A stretch of DNA of 64,000 bases from Candidatus Micrarchaeota archaeon (GTDB taxonomy: Archaea; Micrarchaeota; Micrarchaeia; Anstonellales; Bilamarchaeaceae), in assembly GCA_016212505.1 (NCBI GenBank), contig JACRGB010000010.1, positions 26,758 to 90,757 of the forward strand, written 5' to 3'. Of this stretch, positions 1 through 6,969 are shown one piece after another; within the stretch, counting starts at the first letter, position 1; every line of letters begins with the position of its first letter. The translations under genes and the position numbers were made by a program. The notes below the pieces were generated by a model. The model did not search any database and was not told where the DNA came from. It saw nothing but the letters and a program-made list of their open reading frames with translations.

Positions 1-86
1 TGTTTAGTTACACAACTCAAGACTCAAAACACGAGACGAGAAAATAGTTTGGGCAGTTGTGAAATCCCTGCGGGTCTTTCACGTCC

Positions 87-176
87 TCCCAATTTTGCCT
101 GAGTCGACAACATTGTTGCAGAGCAACAATGTGCCCCATTGTTCAAAGAACAATAGGGAACCCAGAACTGGAAACT
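87..176 (-). ncRNA. Unassigned structured element: two adjacent hairpins (134-158 and 110-132) resembling the core of tRNA-Val intron 1; could be an sRNA, an intron relic or a repeat
   Basis: Minus-strand read: CCCTATTGTTC-TTT-GAACAATGGGG, then ACATTGTTGC-TCT-GCAACAATGT. The flanking strings AGTTTC, CCCTATTG, CAATGGG-GCA and TTGGGA also occur in the same order in intron 1 (384-446). No ORF explains the region. Confidence 0.35.
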
Positions 177-229
177 GATAACAAACACAAAATTGGGCCC
201 ACCCGGGATCGAACCGGGGATCTCTACCA

Positions 230-308
230 TTCAAACTTTCTTTGAGTCTAATGCGATCTTCGATCAAGAAAGTTTGATCAAAGAAACAAATCATCTTACA
301 AAGAAAGA
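230..308 (-). other. tRNA-Val intron 2 (79 nt, canonical 37/38 position)
   Basis: It lies between TTGACA and TGGTAG of the anticodon arm. A long-range stem CTTTCTTTG/CAAAGAAAG brings the two ends together, and there is an internal hairpin TGATCAA-ACTTTC-TTGATCA. Confidence 0.75.
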
Positions 309-332
309 TGTCAAGGTAGCGTCTTAACCATT

Positions 333-446
333 GTCGTTTAGCCAGTTAACTTATCAGTTTTGGCTCAACCTTTTTCCCAAACGGCAGGGAACAGATGTTC
401 CCTGCGCCCATTGAACGGGGTGCCGTTCAATAGGGAGGTTGAAACT
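333..446 (-). other. tRNA-Val intron 1 (114 nt, non-canonical D-loop position; boundary ambiguous by 1 nt)
   Basis: Removing it restores the D-arm. Exon GTCG (450-447) is complementary to the intron 3' end CGAC (336-333). Internal hairpins: ATTGAACGG-CACC-CCGTTCAAT (407-434) and GCAGGGAAC-ATCT-GTTCCCTGC (384-405), enclosed by TCAACCT/AGGTTGA. Confidence 0.7.
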
Positions 447-480
447 CGACTATGGGCCCATGTTTAGGATAAAAGTATTG

Positions 481-497
481 ATTAAAAACATTTAAAA
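481..497. promoter_or_regulatory. A/T-rich TATA-like elements in the divergent tRNA-Val / infB intergenic region
   Basis: attaaaaacatttaaaa. TTTTTAAT on the minus strand is centred about 25-27 nt upstream of the tRNA 5' end (459). AACATTTAAAA on the plus strand matches the promoter-like motif seen upstream of other genes in this window. Confidence 0.35.
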
Positions 498-556
498 TGG
501 TTGAAAACGAAATGTTTAATCTCTAATTTCGCAATTATTCAGCTATTGGTGAAAAA

Positions 557-2290
557 ATGAAGTTCAAACGGTCTCCTATTATCTGCATTCTCGGACACGT
601 TGACCACGGAAAAACAACTATTTTAGACGCCATAAGAGGGACAAGCGTTGCAAAAAAAGAAGCTGGTGGAATTACCCAGATGATTGGTGCCAGTTACGTT
701 TCAAAAGAAACTATCCAGGAATCTGCAGGCAAAGTCGCATTAAAATTTAACTTAACTATTCCAGGCCTGCTCTTCATTGACACGCCGGGCCATGAAGCAT
801 TTAGTAATTTACGGGACCGTGGCGGGAGTATTGCGGATCTGGTTATCGTAGTTATTGATATTAATAACGGGATCCAACCGCAAACAATCGAATCAATCAG
901 AATACTAAAACAATACAAAACTCCTTTTGTAATTGCTGCAAATAAGATTGATACAATAATGGGATGGAAGAGCCACAAAACTTCATCATTCAACGAATCT
1001 TTAGCACAGCAGCCCGAACATATCAAAAATGCGCTTGATGAAAAATTATACAAGTTAATGGGGCAGTTATCAGAACATGGATTTGATAGTGATAGGTACG
1101 ATCGGATTACTGAATTTACAAGACAAATTGCTTTGATTCCAGTTAGTGGAAAAACAAAAGAAGGTCTGGGCGAACTTTTAGTTATGATAGCCGGCCTCAG
1201 CCAAAAATTCCTTGGAGATAATCTTGAAATAGAGGGCACTGGGCGAGGAAAAGGAAGTATAATTGAGGTAAAAGAAGAGAAAGGACTTGGAACAACTGTG
1301 GATATCATACTCTACGATGGAGTAATGAAAAAAAATGATGAAATCGCTTATATGACATTGAATGGCGTGCAAAAAACAAAAGTCCGTGGCCTTTTGCTTC
1401 CTGGTGAAGGAGGAAAATACAATTCAATAGATTCTGCGGTTGCTGCAGCAGGAGTAAAGATTTATGCCCAGGGCCTTGATAGTGCAATTCCAGGATCACC
1501 CTTAGAAGTAGTCCATGATTTTGAAACTGAAAGCAAAGTTATTGAAGATCAGTTCAAGAGCATCATCTTCCACAAAAATGATGAGCTAGGGGTAATACTG
1601 CGCGCAGATAGTTTAGGTTCAGTAGAGGCATTGGTAAAACTTCTTGAAACAAATGAAATCAAGGTAAGGGATGCGTCAGTTGGCCAGATAACAAGAAAAG
1701 AAGTGATTGCTGCTTCTGTTGTTGGAAAAGAGAATCCGTTTCTTGGCGCAGTGTTAGGGTTTAACGTCAGGTTAGTTGACGAAGCAGTAGAGGAGGCAAA
1801 AAATTCAGGAGTTCCAATTATCCAATCCGACATCATATACCGCCTAGTAGATAACTACAAGGCCTGGCAGGTTGAACTAAAAGAAAAAATGAAGAAAGAT
1901 TCAATGGAAAAATTGCCCTGGCCAGCCAAGATAAAAATATTAAAAGGATTTATTTTCCGTGCATCAAAACCGGCTGTTTTTGGGGTGGAAATTTTGGGCG
2001 GCAAAATAAGGAAAAATTATCGGCTTATGGATAAATCTGGGGAGGTTATTGGCGAAGTTCGGGAAATGCAGCACGAAAAAGAAAAAATTGAAGAAGCAAC
2101 CAGCGGACAACAAATTGCCCTATCAGCAGATGGAGTAATTATTGGAAAAAATGCTAATGAAAACGATGTGATTTACACTTATATGACCGGTGATGAGATA
2201 AAGAAATGGGACGAGCAGCTGAATTTGCTTAATGATTCGGAAAAGGGAGTGTATGAGGAAATACGGAAGCTATTACGAAAGTATTTCTAA
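557..2290 (+). CDS. infB: Translation initiation factor aIF5B (archaeal IF-2 homolog)
   Basis: 577-aa ORF with GTPase motifs GHVDHGKT, DTPGH and NKID. Length and domain order are typical of aIF5B. GGTGA Shine-Dalgarno-like sequence just upstream of the ATG. Confidence 0.92.
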   Translation: MKFKRSPIICILGHVDHGKTTILDAIRGTSVAKKEAGGITQMIGASYVSKETIQESAGKVALKFNLTIPGLLFIDTPGHEAFSNLRDRGGSIADLVIVVIDINNGIQPQTIESIRILKQYKTPFVIAANKIDTIMGWKSHKTSSFNESLAQQPEHIKNALDEKLYKLMGQLSEHGFDSDRYDRITEFTRQIALIPVSGKTKEGLGELLVMIAGLSQKFLGDNLEIEGTGRGKGSIIEVKEEKGLGTTVDIILYDGVMKKNDEIAYMTLNGVQKTKVRGLLLPGEGGKYNSIDSAVAAAGVKIYAQGLDSAIPGSPLEVVHDFETESKVIEDQFKSIIFHKNDELGVILRADSLGSVEALVKLLETNEIKVRDASVGQITRKEVIAASVVGKENPFLGAVLGFNVRLVDEAVEEAKNSGVPIIQSDIIYRLVDNYKAWQVELKEKMKKDSMEKLPWPAKIKILKGFIFRASKPAVFGVEILGGKIRKNYRLMDKSGEVIGEVREMQHEKEKIEEATSGQQIALSADGVIIGKNANENDVIYTYMTGDEIKKWDEQLNLLNDSEKGVYEEIRKLLRKYF

Positions 2291-2334
2291 TCTTTTATCT
2301 TATTATGTTATGCGATTGATGGCGGGGGATATGA

Positions 2335-3342
2335 ATGATCATTGGACTAACCGGAGAAAACTGCGCAGGAAAAAGTACGGTAGCAGAATATTTAATGAAA
2401 AAAGGATTCTACTATTTTTCACTTTCTGATGCTATACGTGAGGAACTAAAAAAAGAAGGTAAGGGAATAACCCGTGAAAACCTAATCGATATGGGGAACC
2501 GCCTCCGCCAGCTACATGGCGCAGGAGCGTTGGGGAGAAAAATTGCCCAAAAATTACAGGCGGATAAGAATTATTGCATTGACTCAATCAGGAACCCTAC
2601 CGAAGTAGATGAATTGAAAAAAGCAGGGGATTTTTTCTTATTCTATATAACTGCCCCAAGTGAGACCAGATTTGAGAGAATAAAGGCCCGCAATAGGGAA
2701 GAGGACCCAAGAACGTATGAGGCATTTTTGGAAATTGAAAAACTGGAAATGGAAAATGCTGATAAAACCAAACAAAATCTCAAGGGAACTTTTGCGCTGG
2801 CACAAGCCACTATATCTAACGAAGGGAACCTGAATGAATTATATGATAAAGTTAATGCTGAACTGGCAAAAACATCAAAAGAGTTCAAAATGGTCCGGCC
2901 TTCCTGGGATGATTATTTTATGGGAATTGCCAAGGTAGTCGCATCCCGCAGTAATTGCATAAAGAGGAAAGTCGCTGCAGTCATTGTCAAGGATAAACGG
3001 ATCATTTCAACCGGGTACAATGGAACTCCAAGAGGGACAAGAAACTGCGCTGAAGGCGGGTGCCCAAGATGCAATAATTTTTCGGAATCAGGCAAGAATT
3101 TGGAGGAATGCCTCTGTAGCCATGGGGAAGAGAATGCAATTGTCCAGGCTTCTTATCATGGCATTTCGATCAAGGACTCGAGTGTATATACGACCTTCTC
3201 GCCATGCTTGCTCTGCACAAAAATGATAATTAATGCTGGAATTAAGGAAGTAGTCTACAATGTTGATTATCCTTTGGGAGAAACTCCGATGAAATTGCTT
3301 AAGGATGCTGGAGTAAAAGTAAGGCAGCATAAAGTGGAATAA
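2335..3342 (+). CDS. Fusion protein: N-terminal P-loop nucleotide/nucleoside-monophosphate kinase-like domain plus C-terminal dCMP deaminase (ComEB/DCTD type)
   Basis: The N-terminus has IGLTGENCAGKST (Walker A, CoaE/NMP-kinase-like). The C-terminal half (from about nt 2896) has cytidine/deoxycytidylate deaminase zinc motifs HGEENA and PCLLC. Confidence 0.75.
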   Translation: MIIGLTGENCAGKSTVAEYLMKKGFYYFSLSDAIREELKKEGKGITRENLIDMGNRLRQLHGAGALGRKIAQKLQADKNYCIDSIRNPTEVDELKKAGDFFLFYITAPSETRFERIKARNREEDPRTYEAFLEIEKLEMENADKTKQNLKGTFALAQATISNEGNLNELYDKVNAELAKTSKEFKMVRPSWDDYFMGIAKVVASRSNCIKRKVAAVIVKDKRIISTGYNGTPRGTRNCAEGGCPRCNNFSESGKNLEECLCSHGEENAIVQASYHGISIKDSSVYTTFSPCLLCTKMIINAGIKEVVYNVDYPLGETPMKLLKDAGVKVRQHKVE

Positions 3343-3346
3343 AACT

Positions 3347-4711
3347 TCATTCTACGGTGGAAGCGGATAAAATGTCGTTTTTCCTGGCAAAAATGCTCTT
3401 TACAACTTCCTGCATCGAGCTGTTCTCAAATTCGCCTTCAGGAATTTTGAGTGAAACTGTGTTCCCTCCATCATGAACAAGTATAATTCCTTCTTTTACC
3501 AACTTATTCCAACAGTCGGTAAATATGCCTCGGGCGACCCTAGATTTAGCAGCGTCGTCTTCGAATACTTTTCCAAAAAAGGTGTGAAGTTCGCTTCGGG
3601 CATCACCGATCCCTCTTTTCTTAGGTTCAATGGCAGGAGCTTCCTGATCTAGCCTGAAACAGAAAAATGCGATTAGCCCATACATGTGCCCTTCTTTGAC
3701 CTCACCACCAGTCTCAGCATCATTTGCAATGGCCCTGAAAATCCGGATCTGCTGGGCCATCGGCAATGGCTCAAAAATCGGAGCCGGAGCGCCCGAACGC
3801 TCAGTTGACCAGGAACCTGCAGGTCCGCTTCTCTGCTTATCAGGGAAAACTACATCAATAAGTTTTTCTCCTGCGGGGTTGGTTCTTGAATAAAGCTGGT
3901 TCTTCAGGCCGTGATCAACCCGGTTTAAGTCACGTACAGTTCTACATCCATAAAGCGCGATTAGATTCTGCGCCAAATGAACCAAAACCTCAGGTTCTGC
4001 AGAATCCCAGTTAGAATGTGTAGGAAATCTTAGCCTACCGAGTAAATTTTCTTTTTCTAAATCAGCGTGAAGATCAGGATAATTAATCCTAAACCGCTTT
4101 CTTTTCATAACTGGACCAAGGGGGCCTGATAGGATTGTTTCGGCAGATCGTATCAATTCTGCTTGGCGCTCTGTTAATTGAGGAGCTGCCTTGGGCAGGG
4201 GGCTAGTTTCTTCTGGATTGCATTCGCGAGCTAGTGAAATAAATGGGGCAACACCATCCGCAGTAATTTTTCCTAACCGAATAAGACGCACGAATGCATC
4301 ATTAAGAGCGCCTTGAGAGTATGCATTCCGAATAATGAATTCTCGGGCAGTTTTATCGTTTGAATCAGCACATACAGCCAACACTGCGGCATGGATGATG
4401 AAAATAACTTCTGGCTCGCTGTACAGTTTTTGCACTGCAATAGGTGCAGGACCATGATTAGCAGTAAGATGATCAGCAAGAACCTGAACCAAAAAGTCGA
4501 ATTGTGTTCTAATTGAAGAGGGTAAAGCTTCTACTATTGGCGAGGTAACGCGTTCTGGAATTGCAGGTTCAGGTAATAGATCGAGAACTGGATGAAGTAC
4601 GGGCGGTCTTGGTCTGACTTTTGGAGGAGGCACCAGTACCATTCTAAGGCCTTTTACTTCGAATTTAGTGCTTCTAGCAGTTGTCATAGGTAGCTTTCTA
4701 TGTAGAACCAT
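3347..4711 (-). CDS. Hypothetical protein (orphan A); Pro/Arg-rich N-terminus, possible winged-helix-like C-terminus
   Basis: 454-codon ORF with no competing antisense ORF. I recognise no family. A TATA-like element abuts the first ATG, so the second Met (start 4687, MTTARST...) is the more likely leaderless start. Confidence 0.6.
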   Translation of the reverse strand: MVLHRKLPMTTARSTKFEVKGLRMVLVPPPKVRPRPPVLHPVLDLLPEPAIPERVTSPIVEALPSSIRTQFDFLVQVLADHLTANHGPAPIAVQKLYSEPEVIFIIHAAVLAVCADSNDKTAREFIIRNAYSQGALNDAFVRLIRLGKITADGVAPFISLARECNPEETSPLPKAAPQLTERQAELIRSAETILSGPLGPVMKRKRFRINYPDLHADLEKENLLGRLRFPTHSNWDSAEPEVLVHLAQNLIALYGCRTVRDLNRVDHGLKNQLYSRTNPAGEKLIDVVFPDKQRSGPAGSWSTERSGAPAPIFEPLPMAQQIRIFRAIANDAETGGEVKEGHMYGLIAFFCFRLDQEAPAIEPKKRGIGDARSELHTFFGKVFEDDAAKSRVARGIFTDCWNKLVKEGIILVHDGGNTVSLKIPEGEFENSSMQEVVKSIFARKNDILSASTVE

Positions 4712-4724
4712 TTTTAAACATTTG
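4712..4724 (-). promoter_or_regulatory. TATA/BRE-like promoter element for orphan A (minus-strand read CAAATGTTTAAAA)
   Basis: The 13-mer ttttaaacatttg is identical to the one at 58741-58753 upstream of orphan E. It lies about 25-30 nt upstream of the ATG at 4687. Confidence 0.45.
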
Positions 4725-4757
4725 GAACCTCAAGCTGCAACATCAGGCTCTTAAAAA

Positions 4758-4810
4758 ATGATGGTATGATAAATAAAATCGGCAGCAATGAAATCACCGT
4801 CCCAGGCTGA
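4758..4810 (+). ncRNA. Weak candidate C/D-box sRNA
   Basis: ATGATGG (C-like) + 12 nt + AATC (poor D') + 7 nt + ATGAAAT (C'-like) + 12 nt + CTGA (D), 53 nt in total. The spacing is canonical but three of the four boxes are imperfect. Confidence 0.2.
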
Positions 4811-4930
4811 TGCCCACAAGGCGATGAGGAGAAGAGTAGCTTTTGAGCTGTCATTCGAATAATTAGAGTTGGGTGCCATAACAAGAGTTATATTGTTTAT
4901 CACCCAATTGTTTGTGGGAGGTAGAAGGGA

Positions 4931-5674
4931 ATGAAACTAGTTGTAAATGACGCTCCAGCATTAAAATCAATAATCGATTGCATTGGTAGCTTGGTAGAAG
5001 AAGGGCAATTCGAGGTAAAGTCAGATGGGATTTACCTAAAGGCAATGGACCCATCCCAAATATCGATGATCTCCTTTAGCATGCCAAAAACATCTTTTGT
5101 AGAGTATAATGTTCCTGAAGAAACTAGGATGGGCTTGGACATTGTAAGATTGTCCGAACTTCTTTCGAGGGGCAAAAAAGGGGAGAAGGCAGAAATTTAC
5201 CTGGAAGAAAACCGGCTTGCCATGACGTTTTCTGGTGCAAAGCATAAGAGGACTTTCAAAATACCCCTAATAGAAACTGCCAACAGGGTAAACCGCGAGC
5301 CGCGGGTAGGAACGAATATTGCAGTGGTACGCTCAGATGCAATCAAAGATGCGCTAAAAGATGCAAAACTAATGAGTACCTATGTCAAACTCCAGGTTAC
5401 AGCTGAAAAGTTCATGGTCGATGTCCTATCGGATAATGGCGAACTGAAAGCGGAATTTGAAAAAGGAAGTCCGGAAGTTCCGGAAATAACCGCGAGCGAA
5501 AGCGTGACCGCTACATATCCGATCCAGTACCTTGAGGATATGGTTCGATCCGCGTCTTCAAGCGCTATGATGAAGATTAGTCTTGGTACCGATATGCCAC
5601 TTAAATTGGAATACGAAATGGACGGGGCAAAATTCACATATTATCTTGCGCCAAGGACCGAACGGGAAGGTTAA
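4931..5674 (+). CDS. pcn: DNA polymerase sliding clamp PCNA
   Basis: 247 aa. Overall sequence and length are typical of archaeal PCNA (two-domain clamp subunit). GGAGGT Shine-Dalgarno-like sequence upstream. Confidence 0.88.
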   Translation: MKLVVNDAPALKSIIDCIGSLVEEGQFEVKSDGIYLKAMDPSQISMISFSMPKTSFVEYNVPEETRMGLDIVRLSELLSRGKKGEKAEIYLEENRLAMTFSGAKHKRTFKIPLIETANRVNREPRVGTNIAVVRSDAIKDALKDAKLMSTYVKLQVTAEKFMVDVLSDNGELKAEFEKGSPEVPEITASESVTATYPIQYLEDMVRSASSSAMMKISLGTDMPLKLEYEMDGAKFTYYLAPRTEREG

Positions 5675-6060
5675 TCTTGGCTTGGTAAGTAGGCAAAACT
5701 AAGGATAATTTTCGATACACTGATTTTTATCCATTCCAAGGGCAGTTCATATCGGAAGGTGATCGAATGAACAAAAAACAAAATGGGTGGTTGGGAATCC
5801 AGGCGATCCTTAGATTCGCACAATAATGGCAATATAGAAAAATGCCAATGTAGTGAGCATCGAAAAAATACTAGCAAGAACAAAGCGCTAAGTCAACGCC
5901 AACCAATTTTGGATTATTGCGATGGCAAGCGCTATGACACAGGTTGCTGGGGCGGCGTAATGACGAGCGATTAGGGTAAAAAGTAGAAAATAACTTCGTC
6001 AATAAACGAAATGGTACATAGGTTTAAAAGCAGAAACAGACATAAATAATAATAGAGGCC

Positions 6061-6951
6061 GTGAATATGAAAAAAACTGAATACTTAGTTTCAGCTGTCC
6101 CGAAACCGGAAGAAAAGCTTGCAGAGCTTTCATCCGAAAAGGTAGATGATTCTAGGCTTCCTGAATTCTCAAAAGAAGTTCCTATTAGTTCTAGAAAAAC
6201 CGAAAATAGCGAACAAATACAGGTGGATTATGAGTGGAAAGATGATAAATCAGAGCTAATAAAAGTAAAAACCATTAACTTTAGCAAAGAAGAAAACCTT
6301 GACGACTTCTATCGGGTCAATGCCCGAGATGGAATAGATAGCGTATGCATCAAGCACAATAGGGCAACTTATATTTTAAGAAAAACTGGCAGGGAAATCG
6401 CCCATGCGCTAAATCGGGTTCAAACCAAACTGAGCAGCGTATTCAACAGGATGGTCGGATATGTGAAAACAGTAATCGGAAATTATTACCTTATAGCTAA
6501 GGTAGAAGGAGTTGCCTGGTCGTTTGACCGAAGAATAACAAGAAGCAATAACATCCAGCACGTTGATATTGATAATATTCCTGAATCTGGAAAGAAAAAG
6601 CTCGGTGAACTTATAAGCGAGAGATTATCAGAAGCTCATGCAGATAATTTTGCAATAGGCGCATTTACTATGAATAACCTTCTGCTTACTGAAGATGACC
6701 TAAAATTCACTGATTTAAGAAATGTCCGGGTTTCCAGAAAACGAGCATATTTGGTAGAAGAATTCAAGAACGTCTTATCCTATCTTACTTCAGTTGGAAT
6801 GATTAAAGGTCAGGATATTTACCCGTGTATAGCAACCTATGTTGCAAAGAATGAAAATGCAGCAATGGAGTGGTTTGCTAGCAAAAATAAGAAGAAAAAC
6901 GTTGATCTTTTCGAAGTAGCATCAAAGATTGAGCAGGAAGTTTATTGCTAA
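6061..6951 (+). CDS. Hypothetical protein with degenerate protein-kinase-like (RIO/Bud32/Kdo-kinase-like) features
   Basis: VCIKH (VAIK-like), IAKVEG (hinge-like), and AHADNFAIGAFTMNNLLLTEDDLKFTDL, which resembles the HGD...N...D catalytic region but with IGA in place of HGD. The ORF opens at GTG 6061; the first ATG is at 6067. Confidence 0.5.
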   Translation: MNMKKTEYLVSAVPKPEEKLAELSSEKVDDSRLPEFSKEVPISSRKTENSEQIQVDYEWKDDKSELIKVKTINFSKEENLDDFYRVNARDGIDSVCIKHNRATYILRKTGREIAHALNRVQTKLSSVFNRMVGYVKTVIGNYYLIAKVEGVAWSFDRRITRSNNIQHVDIDNIPESGKKKLGELISERLSEAHADNFAIGAFTMNNLLLTEDDLKFTDLRNVRVSRKRAYLVEEFKNVLSYLTSVGMIKGQDIYPCIATYVAKNENAAMEWFASKNKKKNVDLFEVASKIEQEVYC

Positions 6952-6969
6952 GAAGTGGCTGGACAAAAA

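Larger units (their letters stand above)
194..459 (-). tRNA. tRNA-Val (anticodon GAC) interrupted by two introns; CCA not encoded
   Basis: Exons 459-447, 332-309 and 229-194 assemble into a 73-nt cloverleaf. Acceptor GGGCCCA/TGGGCCC, D-arm GTCG-AATGGTTA-AGAC, anticodon arm CTACC-TTGACAT-GGTAG, variable loop AGATC, T-arm CCCGG-TTCGATC-CCGGG, discriminator A. Confidence 0.85.

Noticed and set aside
1-193. Possible second tRNA (or tRNA half) downstream of tRNA-Val
   Set aside because: I found no T-arm (GTTCRANYC) or acceptor-stem pairing. The segment right after the tRNA is a T-rich tract rather than a 5' exon. I kept only the intron-like double hairpin as a finding.
24-294. ORFs 24-230 and 79-294 (minus strand) from the ORF track
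   Set aside because: They lie across the tRNA-Val exons and introns and the adjacent structured element, and their sequences are low-complexity and unconvincing. The RNA gene explains the region.
230-446. C/D-box sRNA embedded in the tRNA introns (as in some archaeal tRNA-Trp introns)
   Set aside because: Intron 2 has AGATGAT but no CTGA box. Intron 1 has one CTGA but no RTGATGA box. The spacing rules are not met.
694-1836. Antisense ORFs inside infB (694-1308, 1549-1836). The same kind occurs elsewhere, for example 24897-25808, 31161-31745, 36332-37021, 48340-48864, 12376-12873 and 53886-54320
   Set aside because: Each is fully embedded antisense to a strongly supported gene and has Ser/Pro/Ile-rich shadow-frame composition. 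These are typical shadow ORFs.
5671-6060. 70-aa ORF 5671-5883 plus hydrophobic reading frames on the minus strand of the PCNA-downstream spacer
   Set aside because: The hydrophobic frame (…IARHYAAPATCVIALAIAIIQNWLALT*RFVLASIFSMLTTLAFFYIAIIVRI*…) is broken by in-frame TAG and TAA stops and has no start codon. It is at best a decayed membrane-protein pseudogene, and I cannot support it as a feature.
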